Notes: generated by a model not told the origin, from the sequence alone. A stretch of DNA of 64,000 bases from Candidatus Methanomethylophilaceae archaeon (GCA_050950505.1 JBMNHS010000001.1:800001-864000), one strand, 5' to 3'; shown: positions 29,062 to 40,461, numbered from the stretch's first letter. A program made the numbers and translations.

Positions 29062-32013
29062 TCACTCGGCGGAGGATATCCCTATTACGATTTCCTCGCC
29101 GGTGACGTCCCAGGTCTTGACCTCATCCCCTCCGGGGCTGTCGGTGAACGTGAGAACGTTGGCTCTGACTTCTCCGGAGATGTATTCTTTCCAGGATTCC
29201 AGCAGATCCACCAAACGTCCTTCGGCTTTTACGTCACAGTTTATGAACTGTTCCACGTTGAGCTTCATGTCCTTTCTCATCTGTTGGATTCTGCGTATGA
29301 GTTCCCTGGCATAACCTTCGGATTCGATTTCGGGCGTCATCGAGAAGTCTATGAACAGTTCCCCGCCGTCGAATTCCGACGGCGTCACATCGCCTTCCGG
29401 CTCTTCATTCCCTTTGAGGTATGCTATGTTCTTCACGTTGGCCTGCTGTGCCAGAACTTCGTCGAATATTCTTACCGAACCGTTGACGTCCTCTTCGTTT
29501 CCGCGGACGGAGATACCGAGCAGCGGCCATCTGAGCTTGCTGTTCACCTTCGATCTTTCGGAAGCAATCACGTCAACGATGTTCCTGACCATGGACATGC
29601 TGCGTTCCAAATCCCTGTCGATGAGACTTTCATCGTATACCGGCCAATCCTCCATGTGCACCGACATCAAAGTGCCGCCCATGTGCTGATAGACCTCTTC
29701 TGAAATATGAGGCGCAACCGGAGCCAAAGCCAGTGCGGTTTTCATAACCGCGTAGTGCAGCGTGAAGTAGGAAGCGTTCTTGTCCTTGACGGACTCGTCG
29801 TCTTCCGTCCAGGTCCTGTCTCTGACGAGACGGACATACCATCTGGAAAGATCTTCCATGATGTAATCTTCCAAAGTCCTTGCCACTCTGTGCAGTTCTC
29901 TGGATTCCAGATATTCGGTGACTTCCTTGATCATGGTTTCCGTGCGGGAAATCATCCACAAATCTTCTTCCCTGAGACTGTCCTTTATGGTTTTCAATCC
30001 GTGTTCGTTGGGATCGTATCCGTCAAGACTCATGTAAGTGGAAGCGAAATTAATCACGTTCCAATAAGTGTTCAGGACCTTTCTCGCGTTCCGAGGTCCG
30101 TCATTCTGGAACGAAGTGTCTTCCCAGGGAGCGTTTGATTTTATCAGATACAGTCTGAGGGAATCGGCCCCTACCTGGTTTATTATCTCCAAAGGTTCCA
30201 CGACGTTTCCCTTGGATTTGGACATCTTCTGTCCTTTGGAGTCCAAGACCCAGCCGTGCATCATTACTTCCCGGTAAGGCGTCTCGTCAAAAGATATGAC
30301 TCCCGCCCCAAGTTGGGAATAGAACCATCCCCGGGTCTGATCGTGGGCCTCGACGATGAAATCGGCGGGCCACCATCTGTCGAACTCTCTGTTGCCCGAA
30401 GGATAACCCAGCTGAGCCCAGCTGGCCACACCCGAATCGAACCAAACGTCAAGAACGTCTTCCACGCGGTGCATGTCTTTGCCGCATTCGGGACATTCAA
30501 AAGTCACGCCGTCGATCCAGGGGCGGTGAGTGTCCATTCCTTCGACGTATCCCTTTCCTTCTTTCAGTTCTTTGTAGGTTCCTATCACTTTCTTTTCGCC
30601 GCAGGCACATTCCCAGACGGGAAGGGGTATTCCCCAATATCTCTGTCTGGATATGCACCATTGCCTGGCACCTTCAACCCAGTTTCTCTGTCTTGAGTTT
30701 CCGGCCCATTCGGGAATCCAGGTGGATTTGCCTATTTCATCGAGCATTTTGTCCTTCAGGGCGGGAACGTCGAGGAACCATTGCCTGGTGTCCCTGTATA
30801 TGATGGGGGATTTGCATCTCCAGCAGTGACCGTAGCGGTGCATCAGTCTGTCGAATTTGAACAGTCTGCCGTTCTGTTCCAGATGTTTGATCACATCGTC
30901 GTTCACGCCGCGGACCCTCCGTCCGGACATCATGGGGAAGTCTTCGGTAAAACGGCCGTCCTCCCCAACGGGACAGAAAGCCTTCATGCCGTATCTTTTG
31001 CCGGTTTCGTAGTCGTCCGGACCGAATCCGGGTGCGGTGTGAACAAGTCCGGTGTTGTCGGCTTCAACATAATCGGCGGTCACGACTTTGTATACCCAGT
31101 CGCTTTTTTCCATGCCGTCTCCGATTTCGAAAGGAGGTATGTACGCCAGTCCTTCGAGTTCGGTCCCTTTCATTCTGCCGAGAATTTTATGTTCGGTGTA
31201 TCCGCCCTGTTCTTTTATGTATTCAATCTGCGACTCGGCAATGATGACGGTTTCCCCGCTTTCACCGTTGCCGAGTTCGACTTTCACGTAATCGTAATTC
31301 GGGTGCACGGCGACAGCCATGTTGGAAGGCAAAGTCCAAGGGGTGGTGGTCCAAATCAAAAGGGAACAGTCCCGATCCGCAACCGGCATTCTGACGATTA
31401 TGGAAGGATCGTTCTCGTCCCAGTATTCTATTTCAGCTTCGGCAAGGGCGGTTTCGCATCTGGGACACCATGTGACCACACGGGCGGCGTCTATCAGCAA
31501 TCCTCTTTCCGCCGCCCGGGAAATGGTCCACCATGCGGCTTCTATGAAATTCGGATGCACGGTTTCGTAAGGGTTGTCCCAATCCATCCATACCCCGAGT
31601 TGTTTGAATTCTTCGGTCATGTCGACCCGAAGATCGGAAGCGAATTTCAGACAGGTTTCGACGAATTTGTCGATACCCACGTCCTCTTCGATTTGTTTTT
31701 TGGAGTGAACGCCGATTTTCTTTTCGACCTGGACTTCGATAGGAAGTCCGTGCATGTCGAAACCGGGCTGATCGCGGACGTTGAGTCCGTTCATTCTCCA
31801 GTATCTTATCATAATGTCCTTGACGGCCTTGTTCATGGCCGTACCCAGGTGAATTTTTCCGGTGGTGTAAGGCGGTCCGTCACAGAAGTAGAAGTCTTTT
31901 CCTTCGGCCCTCTGTTCTTTGGCCTTTACGTAAACATCGTTCTCTTTCCAGAATGTCCGGATTTCTTTTTCAATTTCTGGTGCGTTATAATCACTACGGA
32001 CCTGCTTTATCAT
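29062..32013 (-). CDS. ileS: Isoleucyl-tRNA synthetase
   Basis: DGPPY...HLGT, WTTTPWTLP, WCISRQRYWG, DQTRGWF, KMSKS. Confidence 0.98.
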   Translation of the reverse strand: MIKQVRSDYNAPEIEKEIRTFWKENDVYVKAKEQRAEGKDFYFCDGPPYTTGKIHLGTAMNKAVKDIMIRYWRMNGLNVRDQPGFDMHGLPIEVQVEKKIGVHSKKQIEEDVGIDKFVETCLKFASDLRVDMTEEFKQLGVWMDWDNPYETVHPNFIEAAWWTISRAAERGLLIDAARVVTWCPRCETALAEAEIEYWDENDPSIIVRMPVADRDCSLLIWTTTPWTLPSNMAVAVHPNYDYVKVELGNGESGETVIIAESQIEYIKEQGGYTEHKILGRMKGTELEGLAYIPPFEIGDGMEKSDWVYKVVTADYVEADNTGLVHTAPGFGPDDYETGKRYGMKAFCPVGEDGRFTEDFPMMSGRRVRGVNDDVIKHLEQNGRLFKFDRLMHRYGHCWRCKSPIIYRDTRQWFLDVPALKDKMLDEIGKSTWIPEWAGNSRQRNWVEGARQWCISRQRYWGIPLPVWECACGEKKVIGTYKELKEGKGYVEGMDTHRPWIDGVTFECPECGKDMHRVEDVLDVWFDSGVASWAQLGYPSGNREFDRWWPADFIVEAHDQTRGWFYSQLGAGVISFDETPYREVMMHGWVLDSKGQKMSKSKGNVVEPLEIINQVGADSLRLYLIKSNAPWEDTSFQNDGPRNARKVLNTYWNVINFASTYMSLDGYDPNEHGLKTIKDSLREEDLWMISRTETMIKEVTEYLESRELHRVARTLEDYIMEDLSRWYVRLVRDRTWTEDDESVKDKNASYFTLHYAVMKTALALAPVAPHISEEVYQHMGGTLMSVHMEDWPVYDESLIDRDLERSMSMVRNIVDVIASERSKVNSKLRWPLLGISVRGNEEDVNGSVRIFDEVLAQQANVKNIAYLKGNEEPEGDVTPSEFDGGELFIDFSMTPEIESEGYARELIRRIQQMRKDMKLNVEQFINCDVKAEGRLVDLLESWKEYISGEVRANVLTFTDSPGGDEVKTWDVTGEEIVIGISSAE

Positions 32014-32133
32014 CGCTTATCCTTCCCTGCCAAGTTTATCTTCCCGGCGGTACGCGTTGATACAAGCCCGCATATTTAAGAATCAGCCCCGAAAAAGGGT
32101 TTCTGAATCAGTCACGTTCCCAAAAACAAATTC

Positions 32134-33162
32134 TCAGAACCAGGTGTCCAGAGTCTTCTGGTCTTTCTTGGCCTTGTTTTTGACTCTGTTTTTCTCCATG
32201 CGGTCCAAGGCGGATTCCACCCTTCCGGCGGAGAATTCATAAGATTCCAGCAGGTCTATGACCCCCTCCCTGTCGATTTCGTTCACGGTTACGTCATAAT
32301 CGTCGGTGCCGATGTCGGTGAGGAATATGTCCCGTATTTCTCCGTATTCAGGTATCTCTTCGCCGATGTGGGTCAGCACGGCTTCGATGGTTTTGTGTTT
32401 TCTTATGAGAGCCAATCCTCTTTTTGGGCCTATGCCCTTTATCCCGGGGTTGAAGTCCGTCCCCATGAGTATGGCCACATCAACCAGCTGTTCCCTGGTG
32501 ACTTCCAAAGCATCCAAAAAGTCCTGAAGACGGATGACTTCGGTTTTCACTTCTCTGTACAGATCCCTTCCCGGAACCTTCCGTCTTCCGGTCATGGTCA
32601 CATTGCGCACGAGAACCGGCGCTCCGAACAGCAAAGAATCGAAATCCTGGGAAGCGGAAGCCCATACATCCCCTTTCGCGCACATGTACGCACACTGTCC
32701 TTCTCCGTCTCCCGGCGCCTGTATTATAGGAAGCCCAAGAAGTCTTATGAGTTCTTTCGAGGACGAAGATATCTCCGGAGTCATTCTGGAGGTCTGCTGA
32801 GCTTTGGAATATGCTTTTTCCATATCCCCCTCTTCAAGAGCCTCTTCCCATTCTTCCATGGCTTTTTCTCTCCGGGCCCTTCTTTCGGCGATGGTATCCG
32901 CTTTGAGTTCGTGATAATCCCCGTCAAAAACAAAAGCGGGTTCTATGCCGGCCTCGATCAGATTGGCGGTCCGGTACAGAATTCCGGACAGATGGGAAGT
33001 GGTCCTTCCGTGGGAATCATGCAAAGGACGCCCGTCAGACTGACGGATGCTGGAAAGGAACTGGTATATCGTGTTGTATGCATCGATGGCGATGTTCTTT
33101 CCGTTGAGATCTGAAAGTTCGATGTATTCCGGATCCGCAAGTCCCGTGAAGTTGACTCCCAT
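32134..33162 (-). CDS. fen: Flap endonuclease 1
   Basis: MGV, IDAYN, VFDG, SQDFD, GTDFNPG, PIP box QKTLDTWF. Confidence 0.97.
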   Translation of the reverse strand: MGVNFTGLADPEYIELSDLNGKNIAIDAYNTIYQFLSSIRQSDGRPLHDSHGRTTSHLSGILYRTANLIEAGIEPAFVFDGDYHELKADTIAERRARREKAMEEWEEALEEGDMEKAYSKAQQTSRMTPEISSSSKELIRLLGLPIIQAPGDGEGQCAYMCAKGDVWASASQDFDSLLFGAPVLVRNVTMTGRRKVPGRDLYREVKTEVIRLQDFLDALEVTREQLVDVAILMGTDFNPGIKGIGPKRGLALIRKHKTIEAVLTHIGEEIPEYGEIRDIFLTDIGTDDYDVTVNEIDREGVIDLLESYEFSAGRVESALDRMEKNRVKNKAKKDQKTLDTWF

Positions 33163-33171
33163 TGAAAACCC

Positions 33172-33831
33172 TCAAGGATCGGGCCCGTAGCCCTGCCATA
33201 TTTTGATTTCCGACGACATGTCGTCAAGACCGAAGAGTGCGCTTCCCGCCGCCAGCACCGTGGCTCCGGCTTCGACGCACTTCTTCCCCGTGTCCCGGTT
33301 TATTCCGCCGTCCACGGATATTTCCAGTTTGGGATTGTGAACATCCGCCCATTCCCGGACATATTTTATTTTATCCAGTCCCGAAGGTATGAATTTCTGT
33401 CCTCCGAATCCCGGATGGACGGTCATAATCAGAACCAAATCAACCTTGTCAAGATACTTGTTCAGAACTCTGACGTCGGTGTCAGGGTTGACAGAGACTC
33501 CGGGATGCACCCCCGCATCCGTTATTTTCTTCAAAGCTTCGAAAGGGTCCCCTTCGGCTTCGGGATGCACCGTAAGATAATCGGCTCCGGCATTGACGAA
33601 ATCGTCAATGTACCTTTCGGGACGCTGTATCATCAAATGTACGTCGAAGGGCAGATCGGTGCAGCCTCTGACGGCTCCGATTACGGAGGGGCCGATGGTG
33701 ATGTTGGGAACAAACATTCCGTCCATGACATCGACGTGGGTCCAATCCGCGCCCGAGGAATCAAGTCTCCTAATCTCATCTCCCAGACGGGAAAAATCCG
33801 CTGAAAGTATGGACGGCGATACCTTTGTCAT
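33172..33831 (-). CDS. rpe: Ribulose-phosphate 3-epimerase
   Basis: SPSILSADF, HVDVMDG, DVHLM, PGFGGQ, VDGG. Confidence 0.97.
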   Translation of the reverse strand: MTKVSPSILSADFSRLGDEIRRLDSSGADWTHVDVMDGMFVPNITIGPSVIGAVRGCTDLPFDVHLMIQRPERYIDDFVNAGADYLTVHPEAEGDPFEALKKITDAGVHPGVSVNPDTDVRVLNKYLDKVDLVLIMTVHPGFGGQKFIPSGLDKIKYVREWADVHNPKLEISVDGGINRDTGKKCVEAGATVLAAGSALFGLDDMSSEIKIWQGYGPDP

Positions 33832-33915
33832 CGGAACGGAATATGTCCAACGTCAATATAATTTATCTTCTGTGGAAAGTGAACAAATATAACGAATAAA
33901 AGCATATTGGGTAGC

Positions 33916-34128
33916 ATGGCATCAGCCGATAACAAAGGTAATGGCAGCATCTGCCAAGTGGAAAGCTGCAACGATGCGACCGAGAGATCCATCAGTCACA
34001 AGAAAGTGGCCGAATCGGATCTGACACTGAAAGCGGGTTCCCACGGACAGGTCGGTCTCTGCAAAAACCATTACCGGGAATTCAAAAAACAAACGAAGAA
34101 ATCCAGAGAACTGGACCGCATATACTGA
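33916..34128 (+). CDS. Small putative C3H zinc-finger protein
   Basis: CQVESC...LCKNHY; basic tail; TGATG coupling to rnz. Confidence 0.7.
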   Translation: MASADNKGNGSICQVESCNDATERSISHKKVAESDLTLKAGSHGQVGLCKNHYREFKKQTKKSRELDRIY

Positions 34129-35033
34129 TGATAGAGGTGCTTTTTCTAGGTACCGGCGCAGGTACGCCTTCCAGACAGAGCGGTCTTCCTTCCGCGGCGG
34201 TCCGCAAGGGAGGGGAGATTTATCTCCTGGACTGCGGAGAGGGAACACAAAGACAGCTGATGGTATCTCCGTTTTCATACATGAAAATCAAAGCTGTGCT
34301 GATATCCCATCTTCACGGAGACCATTTTCTTGGGTTGCCCGGTCTGTTGCTCACTATGGGCATATCCGAAAGAAAGGATCCGATTGCCGTAATCGGTCCT
34401 GCGGGAACCGAACGTCTTCTGATTCCGATACTCGAAGCCTGCGGGGATGAACTGCCTTTCGAACTGAACGTCATCGAAGCCGATGACGGCCATATTTCGG
34501 ATATTGGAAAAATGACGGTATCGGTTTTCAAAACGGATCATACCGTCCCGTCCCTGGGATTCGTACTGTCGGAGAAGGACAGATACAAAGCGGACCCGTC
34601 AAAAATATCCGGGTCCGACGTCAGACCGGGGGATGTGGATCGGATACTGAAGGGAGAAACAATCAAAGGCGTCACCGCGGAAGATCTCTCTGCGGGGATA
34701 GTGAAAGGATTGAAAATTGCTTATTCCGGGGATACGAAACCCTGCGAATCTCTGAAAAAAGCGGTGAAAGACGTCGATCTTCTGATTCATGAAGCCACCT
34801 TCGATTCCGAATTGAAAGGTCCCGCCGAAGAGCACGGGCATACGACCGCCGAACAGGCCGCGGAGATAGCAAGGGAATGCAACGTCAGGCATCTGTGTTT
34901 GACTCACGTAAGCAACCGTTACAGAAACCGTTCGGTGCTGAAAGAAGAGGCTTCCGCGATATTTCCGGACACCTGCGTCGCCGAAGACATGATGCGGCTT
35001 TCGGTGACAAGAAAAGAAATCAAATTAATTTGA
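34128..35033 (+). CDS. rnz: Ribonuclease Z
   Basis: FLGTG, DCGEGTQ, SHLHGDH, YSGDT, HEATF, THVSNRY. Confidence 0.95.
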   Translation: MIEVLFLGTGAGTPSRQSGLPSAAVRKGGEIYLLDCGEGTQRQLMVSPFSYMKIKAVLISHLHGDHFLGLPGLLLTMGISERKDPIAVIGPAGTERLLIPILEACGDELPFELNVIEADDGHISDIGKMTVSVFKTDHTVPSLGFVLSEKDRYKADPSKISGSDVRPGDVDRILKGETIKGVTAEDLSAGIVKGLKIAYSGDTKPCESLKKAVKDVDLLIHEATFDSELKGPAEEHGHTTAEQAAEIARECNVRHLCLTHVSNRYRNRSVLKEEASAIFPDTCVAEDMMRLSVTRKEIKLI

Positions 35034-35583
35034 GCAAATCGGTTCCTGTTATAACGCTGATTATTTTTCCTCTTTTCGAAACGAGAACGGCATCGTTGTC
35101 GTTCATAAGCAAAGCCACCGTTGATAAGGATGTATTTCCGGACACTACCGGAAAAGACTCTCCCATGACGGTTCGGACCGGGGTCTTTCTCAATTCTTCC
35201 ATGCTCATTCCCTGTTCGATCAGATTGAGAATCATTCTTTCCGAAATGCTTCCGACCGGACGGCCTCCATCCATGACGGGCAATTGGGAAATCCCTGCGT
35301 TTCTCATCAGTTCCGACGCCATTTTCACACCGTCTTCCGCATTGACGGTTATCGGGGAATAAGACGCGACGTCCGCCGCGGTTCGGTCGATGGCGGAATA
35401 TTTGCCGATCCTTTCCAGGGTGTTGAACAGCCGCGCAACGGTTTCATAACTGGCCTTCGTTTTTTCCGTTTCTATTTTGGCAATGGTGCTTTGGCTGATT
35501 CCGGATTCTTTTGCAAGTTCGAATTGGGTTATTCCCAATGCGGATCTCATTTTCCTTATGTCGGATTCCGGAGGAAAATTCAT
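35020..35583 (-). CDS. XRE-HTH + tandem CBS regulator (COG3620-like)
   Basis: ITQFELAKESGISQSTIAKIE; ISQLPV CBS motif. Confidence 0.88.
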   Translation of the reverse strand: MNFPPESDIRKMRSALGITQFELAKESGISQSTIAKIETEKTKASYETVARLFNTLERIGKYSAIDRTAADVASYSPITVNAEDGVKMASELMRNAGISQLPVMDGGRPVGSISERMILNLIEQGMSMEELRKTPVRTVMGESFPVVSGNTSLSTVALLMNDNDAVLVSKRGKIISVITGTDLLKLI

Positions 35584-35686
35584 GGATATTGCATCAAATT
35601 ATTCTTATAAGAATATTTCTTACAACTTACTTTATAAACAATGAATTAATATGAGTATCCAAGCGGTCAGCCGGGAGGCTTCAGAT

Positions 35687-36904
35687 TTGGCTAAGAATAT
35701 TTATGTAGAAGGAATAAACGAACTTCCTGTCCCCGACAGGAAAGTTGAAATCGTAGAGAGAAAAGGTATCGGTCACCCCGACAGCGTGGCCGACGGAATC
35801 GCGGAGACCATGAGCAAGGAACTCTGCAAAATGTACATAAAGGAATTCGGACACGTTCTTCACCACAACACTGACGAAACGCAGATAGCTGCGGGAATGT
35901 CCGCGCCCAAGTTCGGCGGAGGTACGATAATAGACCCCGTATACATGCTCCTTGTCGGCCGCGCCACCAACGAAATTGTTGTCGGCGACGATGTCAAGTC
36001 TTTGCCCTGCAAACCCGTGGCCCTCAAAGCCGCAAGGAATTACCTGAAGGAAACCTTCCCCAATCTCGACACCGATTCCGAAATGATTCTCGATGCAAGA
36101 ATCGGTCTCGGTTCCGACGATCTCACCGGTGTGTACAAGGCCTCCGGATTCATGGCCAACGATACCTCTTTCGGTGTCGGATACGCTCCGTATTCAATCA
36201 CCGACAGACTCACTCTCGAAACGGAAGAATTCATCAACGGCGCACTCAAGAAAAAGATGCCCGAAACCGGTCAGGACGTTAAAGTAATGGCATCCAGAGT
36301 GGACAAAGACGTCACCATTACCGTAGCCTGCGCAATGGTGGACCGTTATCTCGACGATGCGGATGCCTACATATCCGCCGTGGCCCGTCTCAAAGACGAA
36401 GTGACCGACAACGCCCTCAAAATCGTGGGCAACGAAGACATCAACGTCAAAGTTGACGTCAACACCGGCGATGATTACAGCCGCGGTGTTTACTACCTGA
36501 CCGTAACCGGAATGTCTCAGGAAATGGGCGACGACGGTTCCGTCGGAAGGGGCAACAGAGCCAACGGACTGATTACGCCTTACCGGCCCATGTCCATGGA
36601 AGCGACCTCCGGCAAGAACCCGATAACTCACATCGGTAAAATCTACAACATACTTTCGAATCTCATCGCCAACGATGTTTCCAAGGAAATCGGACCGGAA
36701 GCGGAGATTCGCGTGAGATTGCTTTCACAGATCGGAAAACCTATCCACGAGCCTCTCAGCGCCTCAGTTCAGGTTCTCGCTCAGGAAGCGGACAAAAACG
36801 TCAGCAAATGGAAATCCGATGCCGAAACCATCACGGAAGAATGGTTGGACAACATTGATAAGGTCACGGAGCTTATAGCAAAAGGTAAAGTCAGAACATT
36901 CTGA
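35687..36904 (+). CDS. mat: Archaeal-type S-adenosylmethionine synthase
   Basis: [32 protein letters not shown]; TTG start after GGAGG. Confidence 0.96.
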   Translation: MAKNIYVEGINELPVPDRKVEIVERKGIGHPDSVADGIAETMSKELCKMYIKEFGHVLHHNTDETQIAAGMSAPKFGGGTIIDPVYMLLVGRATNEIVVGDDVKSLPCKPVALKAARNYLKETFPNLDTDSEMILDARIGLGSDDLTGVYKASGFMANDTSFGVGYAPYSITDRLTLETEEFINGALKKKMPETGQDVKVMASRVDKDVTITVACAMVDRYLDDADAYISAVARLKDEVTDNALKIVGNEDINVKVDVNTGDDYSRGVYYLTVTGMSQEMGDDGSVGRGNRANGLITPYRPMSMEATSGKNPITHIGKIYNILSNLIANDVSKEIGPEAEIRVRLLSQIGKPIHEPLSASVQVLAQEADKNVSKWKSDAETITEEWLDNIDKVTELIAKGKVRTF

Positions 36905-36933
36905 TATCAGATTCTGAGAAAGGTGATCCAAGC

Positions 36934-37518
36934 GTGAAGATAATCGATGAACCAAGATACGGGCCGATGTTCAGGTTCAGCGATGCCAATGTGTATTGGA
37001 CTCTGCACCTGCTTTCCGAAGGAACGAGAACCGGACGGAAGAGGCTGGCCGATATGGTTGGAATCGGTGAAGGGAGCATGCGGCGGATTATAGACGCACT
37101 CCGGGATATGGAATTGATTTCCATCAAACAGACCGGGGTTTCAATCACTGACAAAGGAATCGAATTCCTTGAGGACATACCCATAAGAGTCATCGATCTC
37201 GACGTGGGCGATTCCGTATCCGGGGATGAGACTCAAAGTCTTCTCGTTCTCGGAGTGTCAGACAGAGTGCACAACGGTATGCAGCAGAGAGACGCCGGGA
37301 TAAAAGTCGGAGCCACGAGCTGTACCACATTCGTAATCCGCAACGGCGTACTGATGGTGCCTCCCGACTGGAACGTGGATCAAGAGAAACCCGAACTTGC
37401 GGAAAAAATCCGCAATGAACTGGGGATGTCCGAAAAAGACGCCATAATCGTCGGCGGAGCCCCCACCAAAGTTCTGGCCGTAGAGGCCACGGTCGCGGCT
37501 GCTCTGGATATCATCTGA
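36934..37518 (+). CDS. Winged-HTH protein, DUF4443/DUF2111-like
   Basis: GRKRLADMVGIGEGS; GMQQRDAGIKVGA. Confidence 0.7.
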   Translation: MKIIDEPRYGPMFRFSDANVYWTLHLLSEGTRTGRKRLADMVGIGEGSMRRIIDALRDMELISIKQTGVSITDKGIEFLEDIPIRVIDLDVGDSVSGDETQSLLVLGVSDRVHNGMQQRDAGIKVGATSCTTFVIRNGVLMVPPDWNVDQEKPELAEKIRNELGMSEKDAIIVGGAPTKVLAVEATVAAALDII

Positions 37519-37563
37519 GATCGCCTTGTCAAACCATTTACAAAACATCCTTTGTCAAATTCC

Positions 37564-38514
37564 ATGAAACATCTTCTGAATTTTTCGGTTTATGAAAACC
37601 CGGACACGCTGTCCTCCGACGTTCCAGTCACCTTCGGGAAGATTGGCTGCGACGGAGTGGAACTTCTCACGGGATATGACGAAGTACCGGACGCTCATGC
37701 CGGTATGACCGCCGCGGTGCATCTGCCTTATGCGGCGGATTGGCGTTCCGTGTGGGAAGGAGAAGACGTTCCGGAATGCGACCCCGACACGGCCAGATTT
37801 CTGATGTACGGAATTTCCAGGGAAGACATCGCGGAGAATCTGAAGCGGGCGATAACCGTGGCATCGTCACTGAATCCCCCCTACGGGGTTCTTCACGCCG
37901 GCAGCGTAAAAATACATGACATTCTGAAAAGAACAAACGGCGATGACCGGAAAGTGTTGGATTCTTTCTGTGAAATGGTAAACACCGTGATATCCGAATT
38001 TCCGGGGAACCGCCCGCCGTTCAAACTGGCTTTCGAAAATCTCTGGTGGCCCGGGCTGAGGTTGATCGACGGTTGGGAAATCGGTTATTTCGAAAAAAAC
38101 ATCGAGTTTGACGATTGGGGGATATGTCTGGACACCGGTCATCTTCTGAACTGTCTGCCCGACATCCATGATGAAGGAGACGCGGTCGAGTCCCTCAGGA
38201 AAGTTTTCAACGGATACGGCGACGGAGTAAAAGACCGGATATGCACCGTCCATCTCCATATGAGCACTTCTTCGGATTACAGAAACAGTTTCGAAGACAG
38301 AGGACCCGGAAACAAATCCTTTGATGATTTCATGATCGAAGCGAACACCCATATCGGCAAGATAGACCAGCACCGTCCTTTCAGCACGGACGGGTGCAAA
38401 GAATTGGTGGATATTCTGAAGCCCGATTACGTCACCCATGAGCTGAACGGTTCCTTTTCCGAGGACCCCTTGGAGGATTTCAGACAGCAAAGGTCCCATT
38501 TCGGCCGGAACTGA
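37564..38514 (+). CDS. Xylose isomerase/AP-endonuclease-like TIM-barrel protein
   Basis: VHLP, VLHA, FENLWWPG, LDTGH, VHLH, DQH, THE metal motifs. Confidence 0.8.
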   Translation: MKHLLNFSVYENPDTLSSDVPVTFGKIGCDGVELLTGYDEVPDAHAGMTAAVHLPYAADWRSVWEGEDVPECDPDTARFLMYGISREDIAENLKRAITVASSLNPPYGVLHAGSVKIHDILKRTNGDDRKVLDSFCEMVNTVISEFPGNRPPFKLAFENLWWPGLRLIDGWEIGYFEKNIEFDDWGICLDTGHLLNCLPDIHDEGDAVESLRKVFNGYGDGVKDRICTVHLHMSTSSDYRNSFEDRGPGNKSFDDFMIEANTHIGKIDQHRPFSTDGCKELVDILKPDYVTHELNGSFSEDPLEDFRQQRSHFGRN

Positions 38515-38562
38515 CGAATGCTTAAATAATAGCTCTATCTTGCACATTCCAGAGGAAAAAAA

Positions 38563-38712
38563 ATGGCACGTTTTGAAGAGGCCGAAAGCAGACTTCTCAA
38601 TAAGTCCGTATGCATGAAATGCTCTGCTACAAACCCGCCTAAGGCGACCAAATGCCGCAAATGCGGTGGCGGAAATCTCAGGCCCAAGGCTAAAGAGAGC
38701 AGGAAGCAGTGA
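38563..38712 (+). CDS. rpl40e: 50S ribosomal protein L40e (below the ORF-track cutoff)
   Basis: [49 protein letters not shown]. Confidence 0.96.
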   Translation: MARFEEAESRLLNKSVCMKCSATNPPKATKCRKCGGGNLRPKAKESRKQ

Positions 38713-39191
38713 GCTCGTGGTCGGCCGTGCCATATTGCGGCCGGTTTTCGGGCCGCTCTTTTGTTTTTCAGGTCAGCGACGGCTGTGATCGGCCGGATCC
38801 GCAGGGACGGTCCCATGGAAAACGGAAGCAATCCGATTGCGTTCAATGTACCGGATACGGGCACGTAAGAAAATATCGGAACATTTTTGACGGTTTCTTC
38901 AGCAAACAAGGAATCCGCAAAACTCATTTTTCATGATTCTGTTTTACAGGATATCCGTTCCGAATATTTTTACGGTTTTTTTACAACACCGCATTCTTGG
39001 CTTCGGCCGCTGTGCATTCCGGGCCATGGACAAATTCATTATAGACCGCGGACGTTCTGCTTTTGTCAACGGCAGCCTGCGGGTCCGGAACAAAGGCGGC
39101 GCAGGTCCGGAAACACAGTCACGGTGTGCGGAATCGTAAGGATTTTCGTACCCTTCAAAGATACACGACACGATTACAGCGAGGATTTTGA

Positions 39192-40457
39192 ATGAAGATT
39201 GAAAAAGTATGGGCAAGGGAAGTTCTCGATTCAAGAGGAAACCCCACGGTTGAAGCGGAAGTGACCGTGAACGGTCATGAAGTAAGGGCGATTGCGCCTT
39301 CCGGAGCATCCACCGGTACCTGGGAAGCTCATGAACTGAGGGACGGCGGAAACAGATACTCGGGAAAAGGAGTACTGACCGCGGTAAACAACGTACGCAC
39401 CGAAATCGCCGACCGCATCGTGGGCATGGACGCTTCGGATCAGGAAGGAATCGACAATGCGATGATCGAACTGGACGGAACCCCCAACAAAGTAAGACTG
39501 GGGGCCAATGCGACCGTCGCCGTTTCTCTTGCAGTCGCAAAGGCGGGCGCCATGTCCCGCCATATGCCGGTATACGAGCACATCGGAAACAACAACGTGA
39601 CTCTCCCGGTTCCCATGTTCAACATCATCAACGGAGGAATGCATGCGGGAGGAAACCTGAAGGTTCAGGAATTCATGATCGCTCCCGCCGGACTGCCCAC
39701 GTTCAGCGAATGCCTGAGGGCGTCCTCCGAGATTTACATGTCATTGAAATCGCTTCTTACAAAAAAGTACGGAGCCTCTTCGGTCAACGTCGGTGACGAA
39801 GGAGGTTTTGCCCCTCCCATGGATACCGTCGCCGAAGCTCTGGGCACCATCGAGGAAGCCGTGTCCGCCGCGGGCTACGTCTCGGGAAAGGACGTGTTCC
39901 TGACAATTGACGCCGCATCATCCGAGTTTTTCTCCGACGACAGGTACGATATCGACGGAATGAGTCTTACCGCCGGAGAACTGGTGGATCTTTATGTTTC
40001 GCTGACGGAAGAATTCCCGTTGATAAGCATAGAAGATCCATTTTTCGAGGACGATTTCGATTCAACCGCGGAACTTACCGCCAAGATAGGCAAGAACGTG
40101 CAAATCGTGGGTGACGATCTCTTTGTGACAAACACCGAAAGATTGGAAAAAGGAATCAAATCCAAATCGGCAAACGCATTGTTGCTTAAAGTCAACCAAA
40201 TCGGAACCGTGACGGAATCCGGCAACGCCGCCTCCATGAGCTTTGACAACGGATACAGGGTCGTGGTGTCACACCGCTCCGGAGAATCGGAAGACACCAC
40301 CATCGCGGACCTTTCCGTCGGATGGGGGTCCGGCCAAATCAAAACCGGCGCTCCCGCCCGCGGAGAAAGAACCGCGAAATACAACAGACTGCTGAGAATC
40401 GAAGAAGAACTGGGGTCCAAAGCGGTTTTCCCGGGACTCAAAGCGTTCAGGTCCTGA
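39192..40457 (+). CDS. eno: Enolase
   Basis: DSRGNPTVE, PSGASTG, GDEGG, KVNQIG, SHRSGES. Confidence 0.98.
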   Translation: MKIEKVWAREVLDSRGNPTVEAEVTVNGHEVRAIAPSGASTGTWEAHELRDGGNRYSGKGVLTAVNNVRTEIADRIVGMDASDQEGIDNAMIELDGTPNKVRLGANATVAVSLAVAKAGAMSRHMPVYEHIGNNNVTLPVPMFNIINGGMHAGGNLKVQEFMIAPAGLPTFSECLRASSEIYMSLKSLLTKKYGASSVNVGDEGGFAPPMDTVAEALGTIEEAVSAAGYVSGKDVFLTIDAASSEFFSDDRYDIDGMSLTAGELVDLYVSLTEEFPLISIEDPFFEDDFDSTAELTAKIGKNVQIVGDDLFVTNTERLEKGIKSKSANALLLKVNQIGTVTESGNAASMSFDNGYRVVVSHRSGESEDTTIADLSVGWGSGQIKTGAPARGERTAKYNRLLRIEEELGSKAVFPGLKAFRS

Positions 40458-40461
40458 TAAC

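Noticed and set aside
33172-33831. Bacterial-like rpe as a recent transfer
   Set aside because: The non-oxidative pentose phosphate pathway is known in Thermoplasmatota, and composition is host-like.
39026-39195. Frameshifted small gene upstream of eno
   Set aside because: Neither frame resembles a known protein and there is no slippery site.
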